Shown in pieces: positions 7,986 to 17,229 of a stretch of 64,000 bases of DNA. Position 1 is the stretch's first letter. Each line of letters starts with the position of its first letter. The stretch spans positions 683 through 64,682 of the forward strand of contig CALAJK010000037.1 in the NCBI GenBank assembly GCA_937922795.1, given 5' to 3'. The notes beneath the pieces are model-generated. The model was not told the origin of the DNA, did not search any database, and saw only the letters and a list, made by a program, of their open reading frames with translations. This DNA is from an uncultured Anaerolineae bacterium (GTDB taxonomy: Bacteria > Chloroflexota > Anaerolineae > Aggregatilineales > Phototrophicaceae). The position numbers and the translations under genes were made by a program.

Positions 7986-10463
7986 ATGCTTAAACTCATA
8001 GGCAATGTACCCGTCCGCGTCAAACTCAGCCTGGCGTTAGTTTCACTGTTGGCGCTGGTCGCTATCAACGTGTTCTTCACGATCCGAGTTGCCGAACACA
8101 ACATGAAAGAGGCGCTTGAGCTCAATACCTTCAGTGAGCTTCGCGCTCAAGTGACAGAGATCGAACTGCTGGCGCGCCAGATAGCGATGACTGGGGAGCG
8201 CAGCGGTCGGCTGGCAGAGATGCTTCAAAAGCAGCTGCAGGCAGATGTCAGTTTGCTGCAGTCTGCGGCGCGCGTGTTGGACGCCGCCAACCCAGACGAA
8301 GCGCGGCGCCTCTTTGGGGCCTTGCTAGCGCCGCTGAATCTAGCCGGCGCGACCCGGCAGGAGGGCTTCCAGGAGGTGAGCTTCGTCGGTTTCGCGCCGC
8401 GCGTTCCAGAGGCGCAGCGCGCTAGCTTCGAGACGCGAGCGGAGCAGGAAGGTCTCCTCGGCTTCCAGATACGCGAACTTGACTCCACCTACGCAGCCCT
8501 CCCAGCAGGCGATCGGGCAGATTATTTTCCGCTGTACTACGTGGCGCCGCTGCGGCCTCATCGCGCGCTGCTCGGCCTGGACTTGGGGGCGCACCCGGCC
8601 ATCCGCCCGGCTTTAGAGCGCGCCTTGGAGCGGGTTGAGCCGGTCATGTCAGCGCCGCTCTCGCTGACCGGAGAGACGAAAGACGTCAGCGTCCTGATCG
8701 CGCTGCCCTTGTTCCGTGCCGGCTCCGCCCCGACCGATCTCGAAGCGCGGCGCGGCAGCCTGAACGGTTACCTGGTGGCGCTGCTCAACGCCGACCTGCT
8801 GGTGCGCGCCGCTGCCGCCAATGCCGATGATGCATCCATCCAGGCAGTGACCGACGTCACCGGCAACCAGCCGCAGGCGCTGTTCCAAACGCCGGTGTTC
8901 AATCGCGACGCCGCAGCCGGCGCGCCGGCTCAACCCCTGAGCCTGTCCATGATGGGGCGTATCTGGGAAATCACGGTGGCGCAGACGGCTGACACTGCGG
9001 CGCTGGAGACGCGGCTTCAGGCGCGTATGCAAGAGCTGGGCGCAGTGATTGATGCGCTAGCCGACGGCAGCACAACGCTCAATACGTATGGTCTAGAACA
9101 TCACAGTCAGCAAACCCAAGTTGATTCGGAAGCGCTCACACGCGCTAAAGATACGCTCAGCCAGCGCGTGCGCCTGTTTTTGAACACAACCGACAGTCGG
9201 GCGCGCGTGCCGCTGCTGCCCCTGCTTGAAGCTAACGCCTACATCGTTTACCAGCATCTTGATAAGTTAGTCGCTCAACTTCAGGCCGATTTAACAGCCT
9301 ACAACCAGCGCGCCATGCGAAACGCGTTGACAGGCGGCGGCGCGGCCGTGATCATTGTCCTGATCGGAGGTCTGCTCAACTACAACGTGATGCGCGGACT
9401 GGTTCAGGTGCGCCGCGGCGCGGCTCGACTGGCCAATGGTCAGTTCGACACGCGGATTGAGATGGCGCGCAGAGATGAGATCGGCCAGATCAGCCGCACG
9501 CTCGATACGATGGCCGAGCGCATTCAGAACCTGTTCGCCACGCTCAGCGCTAACGAGGCACAGTACCGTCTGCTGGCCGAAAACGTGGCCGACATGATCA
9601 CCCGCACGGATGTTCACGGCGCTTATACCTATGTGTCGCCGGTGAGTTTCTCAATCCTGGGGTACTCGCCGGAGGAGATGGTCGGCACGCACTGGCAAGA
9701 TTACATCCATCCTGACGACCTGGTAGATCTCCAACTGGCCGAACAAGCTGGCGATACCCTCAGCCTCAGCCGCATCTACCGGATGCGGCGCAAAGACGGT
9801 GAGTACGTCTGGCTGGAGGCCAGCGTGCGCCTGCTGCCCACTGCCGGCGGCGCGCCGGAGTTCATCACCGTAGCGCGCGACATCACCGAGCGCCGCGCCG
9901 CCGAGGAGGCGCTGAACCAGGCGCGGCAGGAGCATGAACGGCTGCAGCAGCAGATCATCGAAGCACAGAAACAGGCTATTCAGGAGCTGTCATCGCCCGT
10001 CATTCCGATCATGGATGGAGTGATCGTCATGCCGATCATTGGCTCGATCGATACCACCCGCGCGCGCGACATCACACGGGCGCTGCTGGCCGGCATCAGC
10101 CGGCATCGCGCTCAGGTCGCCATCCTAGACATCACCGGCGTGCCGGTTGTGGACAGCGGCGTAGCCGATCATCTCAACCGCAGCATTCAAGCGGCGCGAT
10201 TGAAAGGCGCGCACACTATCATCACCGGCATCTCAGAGGCCGTCGCGGAAACGATCGTGGATCTGGGGATAGACTGGCGCGGCATCGAAACGGTGCGCGA
10301 TCTGCAGACCGGTTTGAAATCAGCGCTCGCGCGCCTGGGGCTGCAGGCCGAAGCGCCGCGGCCCTACGCTGCCAACAGGCGCAGCAGCAACGGCCATTGG
10401 AACGGCAACGGCCGGCTCATGACTCAACCAACCGCAGACTCACCTGGCCGCGAGGGACGTTGA
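7986..10463 (+). CDS. Membrane sensor: CHASE + HAMP + PAS + RsbR-like STAS
   Basis: Two TM; CHASE motifs YFPLYYVAP and LGLDL; HAMP RDEIGQISRTL; PAS (YVSP, GYSPEEMVG, IHPDD, RRKDGEYVWLE); STAS ELSSPVIP, GSIDTTRA, LDITGVPVVDS. Confidence 0.9.
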   Translation: MLKLIGNVPVRVKLSLALVSLLALVAINVFFTIRVAEHNMKEALELNTFSELRAQVTEIELLARQIAMTGERSGRLAEMLQKQLQADVSLLQSAARVLDAANPDEARRLFGALLAPLNLAGATRQEGFQEVSFVGFAPRVPEAQRASFETRAEQEGLLGFQIRELDSTYAALPAGDRADYFPLYYVAPLRPHRALLGLDLGAHPAIRPALERALERVEPVMSAPLSLTGETKDVSVLIALPLFRAGSAPTDLEARRGSLNGYLVALLNADLLVRAAAANADDASIQAVTDVTGNQPQALFQTPVFNRDAAAGAPAQPLSLSMMGRIWEITVAQTADTAALETRLQARMQELGAVIDALADGSTTLNTYGLEHHSQQTQVDSEALTRAKDTLSQRVRLFLNTTDSRARVPLLPLLEANAYIVYQHLDKLVAQLQADLTAYNQRAMRNALTGGGAAVIIVLIGGLLNYNVMRGLVQVRRGAARLANGQFDTRIEMARRDEIGQISRTLDTMAERIQNLFATLSANEAQYRLLAENVADMITRTDVHGAYTYVSPVSFSILGYSPEEMVGTHWQDYIHPDDLVDLQLAEQAGDTLSLSRIYRMRRKDGEYVWLEASVRLLPTAGGAPEFITVARDITERRAAEEALNQARQEHERLQQQIIEAQKQAIQELSSPVIPIMDGVIVMPIIGSIDTTRARDITRALLAGISRHRAQVAILDITGVPVVDSGVADHLNRSIQAARLKGAHTIITGISEAVAETIVDLGIDWRGIETVRDLQTGLKSALARLGLQAEAPRPYAANRRSSNGHWNGNGRLMTQPTADSPGREGR

Positions 10464-11352
10464 CTACATAGCGCAGCTTGATGTCGAAGGTGTCGTAGTT
10501 GCGGGTTTCTAGCACGCCGCTGGCCAGCAGATTATAGGTCGTCTCATCGTATTCCGGGCGCAGGCCGCTGCCGCCGGTCAGTTCCAGCCGGGCAGCCACC
10601 GCCGCCGGGACGAACAGCGTCAGCCCGCCGTCGCGGGCGGCCAGCGTCCCCAGCACGGCATCCGGCGGCGACCCCAACGGTTTATAGGCTGGGAGCGTCA
10701 CCAGGGCGCTCCCATGCTTCCAATCCAGGTTGAGGCGCTCAACCGCCAGACCGCTCAAGTTCAGGCTGGCCGTGCCGCTCGCGCCGACCAGTTCGATGTC
10801 CAGAGGTATCTCAGGCGGCAGTTCCAACCGCAGCCGTCCGCGCCCGATAGCTTCCAGCAGGGGAAAGGGGTTAGGGCGGGTTTCGCTCACCAGCAGCGTG
10901 GCTCCGCCACTGCCGTCCTCGGTGTAATCGGCGCGCACGAGGCTCTCAGCGCTGCCCACGAACTCCCCAGCCACGCCGCCGGGCTGAAGCGCGCGCACCA
11001 GCTCCACATCGGTGTCCAGCGCCTCGATCTGCACCCGCAGCAGCCGCAGCGTGCCGTCCACTGGCTGAACGATGCTCGCGCGATAATCATCGCGCTCCTG
11101 CGCCTCACGGACGGAAAAGGCGTAAATCGCCACGCCAGCCGTCAGCGCCCCGGTCAGCGCCAGCGCAATCAGGCTGCCGTAGGGCGCGCGCTCGCGCAGG
11201 AAAATCCCCAAGCCGATGACCACCAACAGCGCCGGCCAGGCGCGGGTGATCACGTCATAGATCCCGTCTGGGATCAACCCCAGCGCCCGCAGCAAGACGA
11301 CCATCGCCACGGCCAGCAGCAGAACGCCCCACAGCAGATTGGTCCGCCTCAC
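10417..11352 (-). CDS. Membrane protein with LiaF/DUF5668-like TM region and extracellular beta-rich domain
   Basis: N-terminal LLWGVLLL...WPALLVVIGL TM pattern; GTG start overlaps the stop of the PspC gene. Confidence 0.7.
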   Translation of the reverse strand: MRRTNLLWGVLLLAVAMVVLLRALGLIPDGIYDVITRAWPALLVVIGLGIFLRERAPYGSLIALALTGALTAGVAIYAFSVREAQERDDYRASIVQPVDGTLRLLRVQIEALDTDVELVRALQPGGVAGEFVGSAESLVRADYTEDGSGGATLLVSETRPNPFPLLEAIGRGRLRLELPPEIPLDIELVGASGTASLNLSGLAVERLNLDWKHGSALVTLPAYKPLGSPPDAVLGTLAARDGGLTLFVPAAVAARLELTGGSGLRPEYDETTYNLLASGVLETRNYDTFDIKLRYVVNVPRGQVSLRLVES

Positions 11353-11717
11353 AACCGCCTCCCGAACTGCCGCAGGCAGAAGACCACCGCCAGCGCGACC
11401 AGCAGCGCCGGCCAGAACAACGGCTGGTCATCGGGGCCGCGCAGACTGCCGGCGAGGTGCAGCAGCCAGCCGGCCGTCGTCGCCGTCGTCAGCAAGACTA
11501 TCAGCAGCAGCGCGCTGGCCCCGCCGCGCCGCCGCACGGCCAGCGACTCCTGGGGCAGCGCCCACCACAGCATCAGGTACAGCGCGGCGAACGCGCCGGT
11601 CGTGACCAACGCCAGTCCGGCGAACAGCGCTCGAAACACCCAGGCGTTCACCGGCAGCAGCGCCCCCAGACCGCCGCACACGCCGCCGAATACGCGATCG
11701 GTAAAGCTCCGGTACAT
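11349..11717 (-). CDS. PspC domain protein
   Basis: YRSFTDRVFGGVCGGLG signature; four TM. Confidence 0.88.
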   Translation of the reverse strand: MYRSFTDRVFGGVCGGLGALLPVNAWVFRALFAGLALVTTGAFAALYLMLWWALPQESLAVRRRGGASALLLIVLLTTATTAGWLLHLAGSLRGPDDQPLFWPALLVALAVVFCLRQFGRRL

Positions 11718-11783
11718 GGTTGCCAGCCGTCAGCAGTTCACCATCCGAAGGTAGCTTAGCACAAGACCGGCCTGCGGAAAAGG

Positions 11784-11811
11784 TGCGGGGCGGTCTGTCT
11801 CCCGCCCCGCA
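11784..11811. repeat. GC-rich hairpin (REP-like or terminator)
   Basis: TGCGGGGCGG-N8-CCGCCCCGCA perfect 10-bp inverted repeat downstream of the sugar dehydrogenase gene. Confidence 0.5.
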
Positions 11812-11847
11812 TCACTGCCTGTGAACTACCGTCCGACGTCCGGCGTT

Positions 11848-13005
11848 TTAACGAGGCGCGAACCGCAGCACCCGACCGCCGTGATCTACTAGATACAGCT
11901 CGCCAGCCTCGTCCTCGCCGAATGAGCTGATCGCATGATTGACGCGCATGAATTCGCTGGTCTGCCAGGTTCCAGCCGCGTCGCGGTAGCTGGTCCAGAT
12001 GATGCCAGAGCAGTAATCACCGAACAAATAGACGCCTTGTAGATCGGGCAGATCGCTCCCGCGATACACATACCCGCCGGTCACCGAGCAGCCGCGGTTA
12101 TGGCCGTATTCGGCGAAGGGCGGCGTCAAGCCTGCCGCCGGCGCGCCGCCGCTGTAGGCATGCAGACCTTCCATGAACCTCCAACCGTAATTTTCGCCGC
12201 CGGGGCTGTCAGCCGGCTGGAAGTTGACCTCTTCATAGGCGTTCTGGCCGACGTCGGCGATGTACAGATCGCCAGTGACGCGGTCGAAACTGAAGCGCCA
12301 GGGATTGCGCAGCCCTAGCGCCCAGATTTCCGGCGCGTAGGCCGCATTCTGGACGAACGGGTTATCCGCCGGAATGGCATACGGCGCGGGGCCATCCACA
12401 TCAATCCGCAGCAGTTTGCCCAGCAGGGACTTGGGATTTTGGGCGAAGTTCTGCGGGTCGCCCGCCGACCCGCCGTCACCTAACCCGATGTACAGATAGC
12501 CATCCGGGCCAAACGCTAGGTGACCACCGTTGTGGTTCGGGTACGGCTGCTGAACTTGCATCAGGATTTGGGCACTGTTGGGGTCGGCCGCGTCAGGATT
12601 GGACGAAACAGCATAGCGCGCCACCACGGTGTTCCCCCGCACATCAGTATAGTTGATATAGAACTGTCCGTTCTGCGCATACGCCGGGTGAAACGCCAGC
12701 CCCAACAACCCCTGCTCATTGCCGCGCCGGCTGACCAGCGCCGATACATCCAAGAAAGTGACGGGCGCAGAGTCCGCGCGGTGAATAGAAATGCGACCGC
12801 CCTGCTCAACAATGAACAGCCGGCCTGAGCCATCGCCGGCGTGGGTGACCAGCAGCGGGCGCTCTAGGCCGGCGGCCACTTCGACAAGCTGCAACCGATT
12901 GGGATCGGGCGGGGCGCTGCGGGTCACCGTCGGTGACTGCGCTTGGGCTGTCATCACCCCCAGCATCAGCGCCGCCGCGCATACGCTCTGAACCATTCGA
13001 CGCAT
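11848..13005 (-). CDS. PQQ-dependent glucose/sorbosone dehydrogenase family protein, secreted
   Basis: Signal peptide; NHNGGHLAFGPDGYLYIGLGDGG, GLRNPWRFSFD, DVGQNAYEE; start 13005 or 13011 after GAGGAG. Confidence 0.92.
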   Translation of the reverse strand: MRRMVQSVCAAALMLGVMTAQAQSPTVTRSAPPDPNRLQLVEVAAGLERPLLVTHAGDGSGRLFIVEQGGRISIHRADSAPVTFLDVSALVSRRGNEQGLLGLAFHPAYAQNGQFYINYTDVRGNTVVARYAVSSNPDAADPNSAQILMQVQQPYPNHNGGHLAFGPDGYLYIGLGDGGSAGDPQNFAQNPKSLLGKLLRIDVDGPAPYAIPADNPFVQNAAYAPEIWALGLRNPWRFSFDRVTGDLYIADVGQNAYEEVNFQPADSPGGENYGWRFMEGLHAYSGGAPAAGLTPPFAEYGHNRGCSVTGGYVYRGSDLPDLQGVYLFGDYCSGIIWTSYRDAAGTWQTSEFMRVNHAISSFGEDEAGELYLVDHGGRVLRFAPR

Positions 13006-13054
13006 CAACACTGTCTTCTGCTCCTCATACCTATACTGGAATTCTGTCGTCAAT

Positions 13055-13081
13055 AGGGGCGGCTTGTCTTGTGCCGCCCCT
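13055..13081. repeat. REP-like palindrome
   Basis: AGGGGCGGC-N9-GCCGCCCCT perfect 9-bp inverted repeat resembling GTAGGGGC...GCCCCTAC REPs. Confidence 0.5.
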
Positions 13082-13258
13082 CTCAGCGATTAGATTGTAC
13101 TCCCAAAGCCTGAGCAGCAGCGCCGATGCTTACGAGTCGCTAAGCAAACTGTTCAGGGGTGCAGAGTATCCCAGACTCAGGCAGCGCCCAGCGCAAACAG
13201 CGGCGGCAAGCTTGCATAGCCCAGCCCATTTCTTAGCCCTAGTCCAATCTCGCTCGAC

Positions 13259-14137
13259 TCAAGCAGTTGGACAGAACTGCGCGATGATCTGCTCTACGAG
13301 AGGGGCAGCGGTTTGTGCGATTTCCTCATGGCCCTGGGCTGAAGGATGCGGATCAAAAGGGCTGAGGAAATGTGTCCACATAGGCTGCAAGAAGATAGCA
13401 GGATAGTCCTTTACCAGCGCTTCGGAGACTCCGCCGCTGGCAAAAGCGGTCATCAGGACGCGCGGATCTGCAGACAAGATGTCGAGATAAGCCCGATACT
13501 CGCTCTCTGGCATGTTCGGTGGCCTAGGCAGGCTCAGGGCGTGAAGGTAGAGAAAGATCGCGGAGTGTCGAACAAGCCAAGTCGTCAAGGGGGGCTGTTT
13601 CCTGGAGATGCTGGCCTCAACGTCATTATCGATCAGCGTATAGAGAACAGCCTGATACTGATCCTTGAAGCGCTCGTATTGGGCGATCAGGTTGGGTAGG
13701 TTGTAGCCCGGCACGCCAGCATTGACGAACTTGACGCCGGGGAAGCGCTGCGCCAGGCGATTCACCCATGTTTCATCATCATTAACTCCTTGCCCGAAGG
13801 TCACACTGTCGCCCAAAGCAACAATGACGCAGTCGGAATTGGTTGGTGCATCAGGCACGTAGCGCGTGCCATCCTCCAGAATGGTCGAAGACCAACCTAT
13901 GAAAGCATAGCTGCCAGGCTCCAACTTGTAGCCCAGCTCATCATCTTCGCGGAAAACATAGCGCTCGATGTTGCTGAAGTAGCGGATGATCCCCAGGGGA
14001 TCGGTCAGGCGTATGAGAAGTTCCAGCATGAGCAGCGTGACTATCAGCAACAGGACTGCTACAAGAAGTTTCATGAGGAAATTTGGCTTAGGCGCAGCGG
14101 TCATCATCGCCAAAAAAATCCCTAGCTTATGGTCCAT
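13259..14137 (-). CDS. SGNH/GDSL hydrolase family protein, membrane-anchored
   Basis: LGDSVTFG, NAGVPGY, DND, DPHPS motifs; N-terminal TM; visibly lower GC than neighbours. Confidence 0.85.
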   Translation of the reverse strand: MDHKLGIFLAMMTAAPKPNFLMKLLVAVLLLIVTLLMLELLIRLTDPLGIIRYFSNIERYVFREDDELGYKLEPGSYAFIGWSSTILEDGTRYVPDAPTNSDCVIVALGDSVTFGQGVNDDETWVNRLAQRFPGVKFVNAGVPGYNLPNLIAQYERFKDQYQAVLYTLIDNDVEASISRKQPPLTTWLVRHSAIFLYLHALSLPRPPNMPESEYRAYLDILSADPRVLMTAFASGGVSEALVKDYPAIFLQPMWTHFLSPFDPHPSAQGHEEIAQTAAPLVEQIIAQFCPTA

Positions 14138-14187
14138 ACTTTCGCCAAAGGCAGCACTACGCGACAGCGTAGAAGAGATCCCAGAGA

Positions 14188-14287
14188 GCCCTCATCTCTC
14201 CGGCTCGCTTCACCCTGAGGGCGAAGGGAGCGCAGAAAGGTTTTTCAAAGTCCCTTGCCAGGCGGGAGAAGGATTTAGAGTGAGGGC
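14188..14287. repeat. Degenerate CCCTCA...TGAGGG-type interspersed palindromic element
   Basis: Terminal inverted repeat GCCCTCA/TGAGGGC enclosing degenerate hairpins, ending AAAGTCCCTTGCC...GGGAGAAGGATTTAGAGTGAGGGC. Confidence 0.5.
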
Positions 14288-14466
14288 AAAGGTGTCCACC
14301 ACGCTATTCTGCTGAGCTACCAAACCGTTTACGTATGACTGGAATCGTTCTCACCTGCGTATACAACAGCAATTTGACCATCCCGCTCCTCTCGATCATC
14401 TATCGTTAATTAGGCCTTCCCAAAAGATGCCGTCCCCGCCGCTGTCGCCAACATCTCGCCAGCGGC

Positions 14467-15768
14467 TCAGGACTGCGGTCCAGCGACGGCCAGCACGAAG
14501 GCGTCCGGGTTCCAGTAACGCTGTGCAGCGGCGAGCAGGTCTTCTTTGGTCAGCGCGTTGATCTGGTCGCGCACCTTGAGCAGGTAATCCAGACCCAACT
14601 GGTAGGTTTCGATGTTGAGGATGGACGAGGCGATGCCTTCGTTGCTCTCCAACTGAAGCGGCAGATGGCCGGTGAAGTACGATTTGTTATCGTCGAGATC
14701 CTCATCGCTGACCGGCTCGCTGATGAGGCGGCGAATCTCCGCCACGATGCTGTCGACCGCCCGCTGGACATTGGCCGGGTTCACGCCGGCGGTCACGCTC
14801 CACGGGCCGGGTCCGTGCCCCCCCTCCAGGCTGCTGTAAGCGTAGTAGGCCAATCCCTGCTTTTCGCGCACGGTCTCGCCAATACGCCCCATCATGCCGA
14901 ACTGCCCCAGGATGCTGTTCGCCAGCAGCGCGGCCCGGTAATCCTCCGCCAGACGCGAGGGACCGGTCACCCCCAGCACAATATCGGACTGCGTTTTGCC
15001 GGGCACAACGACCGCCGTACGCCGAATTTCGGCTGGGGCGGGCGCTTCAGGCAGCGGCGGCGGCGGCGGCTGGTCGGGATTGCGCCAGTCGCCCAGACGC
15101 GCCCGCACGATCTCCACCGCCTCCGGCGCAGGCACAGCGCCGACCACGACCACGATCATGCCGCTTGGCCCGTAGGTCATGCGGTGAAACTGCGCCAGAT
15201 CGGCGGCGGTTAGCTGCGGCACTGTCTGGAGCGTGCCGCGCACCCCCCGATGGTAGGGATGGTGCGGCGGGTACAACTGCTCACGAAAAGCCCGATTGGC
15301 GCGGTAACGGGTGTCGTGCTCGCGGTACTGCAGGCCGGTGATGACCTCACCGCGCAGGCGTTCAACCTGTTCCGGGGGAAATGTCGGGCAGCGCAGCACA
15401 TCGGCCAGCAGATCCACCAGCAGCGGCAGATCTTCGGCCAGCGCCTTGCCGTTGAAATTGGTTGTGTGCACCCCGGCGCCTAGGTCTAGGTCAGCGCCCA
15501 CATCCTCCAGGCTGGAATGGATGGCTGCGAAATCGCGGTGTTGGGTGCCGCGCATCAGCGCGTTGGCTGTCAGGCTGGCCAGGCCAGCCTGCTCCGCTGG
15601 CTCGAACAGCGCGCCCGCGGTCAGCGAACCGGTGATCACCACCGACTGCGCCGCGAAGTTTTCGTAGGCCAGCACGACGATGCCGTTGTCCAGCACCACC
15701 CGCGTGATCGTGTCCGGACCAGGGATCGAGTGACCGTTGATTGCCATAGCGCGCTTATTCCTCATCAT
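14467..15768 (-). CDS. M16 family peptidase, non-catalytic subunit
   Basis: M16 features (GLASLTANALMRGT, VREKQGLAYY) without HxxEH. Confidence 0.9.
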   Translation of the reverse strand: MMRNKRAMAINGHSIPGPDTITRVVLDNGIVVLAYENFAAQSVVITGSLTAGALFEPAEQAGLASLTANALMRGTQHRDFAAIHSSLEDVGADLDLGAGVHTTNFNGKALAEDLPLLVDLLADVLRCPTFPPEQVERLRGEVITGLQYREHDTRYRANRAFREQLYPPHHPYHRGVRGTLQTVPQLTAADLAQFHRMTYGPSGMIVVVVGAVPAPEAVEIVRARLGDWRNPDQPPPPPLPEAPAPAEIRRTAVVVPGKTQSDIVLGVTGPSRLAEDYRAALLANSILGQFGMMGRIGETVREKQGLAYYAYSSLEGGHGPGPWSVTAGVNPANVQRAVDSIVAEIRRLISEPVSDEDLDDNKSYFTGHLPLQLESNEGIASSILNIETYQLGLDYLLKVRDQINALTKEDLLAAAQRYWNPDAFVLAVAGPQS

Positions 15769-17053
15769 CTAGGGAGTCTAAGTCGCCGCCGCTGGTTGGG
15801 ATGAACCAGCCGACCGTGCGGCACTGCGGACGCAGGTAGCGCCGCGCCACGTCCAGCACGTCATCCACGGTGACGGCCTCCAGCCGCGGCACATAGTTCT
15901 CAAACCAGGTGTAGCTCTCGAAATTTTCGGCGAAGGCCAGCCAGAAGGCCTGAGCAGTCACGCGCTCGGTGCTGTAGGCGAACAGCGCGCGCGCCTGCTT
16001 TTTGGCCTTCAGCAGTTCGGCCGCCGTGATCGGCTCGCGGCGCACGCGCTCAATCTCGGCGTCCAGCGCCGCCTCGACCGCTTCCAGCGTGCGCCCATCG
16101 CGCACCGTCACCGTCAGATCATACAGGTAGGGATCAATGGTCGGGATGAGGCCGCCGTCTACGCTGACGGCCAGCTCCGTCTCGACCAGCGCTTTGTACA
16201 GCCGGCTGGTCTTGTTATCCACCGCGCCGCCGCCCATGCCGCTGGGGCCGGCCAGCACGCTGTTCAGGATCGCCAGCTTGAACCAGTCATCGTGGGTGGC
16301 CGCGGGAGCGCGGTAAGCCACCTCCAAAAACTGGTTGTTGCCGGGGCGCTCCACCTTCACCCGGCGTTCGCCCACCTGCTCCGGCTCTGGCCGCTGGAAA
16401 AACTGCGGCGGTTCGCCTGGCGGGATGGCCCCGTAGAGCTCTTCAATTCGGCGCAGCATCGCGTCGGCATTGAAATCGCCCACCGCTACGGCGATGGCAT
16501 TATTCGGCTGGTAGTAGCGCCGGTAATGCTGGTACAGATCGTCGCGCGTCATCGTCTGCAAGTCGGTCAAGTCGCCAATGATCTCGTGGTGATAACCGTG
16601 GACGCGAAAAGCCGCCGCCCGCACTTCCTCGCCCAACCAGAACAGCGGCGAGTTCTCCGCCCCCTGCCGCTCGGAAATGATGACCGTGCGCTCCGATTCG
16701 ACTTCGTCCGGTTCGAAACGGGCGTTCACCATACGGTCCGCTTCCAGGCGCAGCGCTAGGTCAATCCGATCTGCCGGCATCGTCTCATAGTAGGCGGTAT
16801 AGTCCATCGAGGTCTGCGCGTTCCAACTGCCGCCCTCCCGGCTGATCAATCGGTCAAGCTGCCCGCCGGGGAATTGTTCCGTGCCCTTGAACAGCATGTG
16901 TTCCACCCAGTGGGAGATGCCGGTCAGGCCGGTGCGCTCATTGCGGCTGCCGATGCGGTACAGCACCCACCAGCTGATCACTGGGGCGCTGTGCTGCTCC
17001 TTCAGCAGCACTGTCAGGCCATTATCCAACTGGCGGCGGATCACCCCTGCCAT
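15755..17053 (-). CDS. M16 family zinc peptidase, catalytic subunit
   Basis: GISHWVEHMLFKGT (HxxEH), NAQTSMDYTAYY. Confidence 0.92.
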   Translation of the reverse strand: MAGVIRRQLDNGLTVLLKEQHSAPVISWWVLYRIGSRNERTGLTGISHWVEHMLFKGTEQFPGGQLDRLISREGGSWNAQTSMDYTAYYETMPADRIDLALRLEADRMVNARFEPDEVESERTVIISERQGAENSPLFWLGEEVRAAAFRVHGYHHEIIGDLTDLQTMTRDDLYQHYRRYYQPNNAIAVAVGDFNADAMLRRIEELYGAIPPGEPPQFFQRPEPEQVGERRVKVERPGNNQFLEVAYRAPAATHDDWFKLAILNSVLAGPSGMGGGAVDNKTSRLYKALVETELAVSVDGGLIPTIDPYLYDLTVTVRDGRTLEAVEAALDAEIERVRREPITAAELLKAKKQARALFAYSTERVTAQAFWLAFAENFESYTWFENYVPRLEAVTVDDVLDVARRYLRPQCRTVGWFIPTSGGDLDSLDDEE

Positions 17054-17163
17054 GCAACCTCCTCACATCTTCACGACTGAACGGCTGCCGATCCCAGGCG
17101 CATAGGTTGCCACATCCCAGCCAGGCGCCCCCTATGCCGGCGACAGCCGCCGATGACGAACAC

Positions 17164-17193
17164 AAAGGGGGATGAGCGACGTCATCACCCCCC
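17164..17193 (-). terminator. Probable intrinsic terminator after ugd
   Basis: Minus strand G-rich/GATGA...TCATCCCCC hairpin followed by TTTGTGTT. Confidence 0.5.
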
Positions 17194-17229
17194 GCCAGTT
17201 CGTATCTTACCACACTACCAGCAGACTGG

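Noticed and set aside
14467-17053. Tandem M16 peptidases, one lacking HxxEH, as a novel system
   Set aside because: The active plus inactive M16B pair is a well-known arrangement
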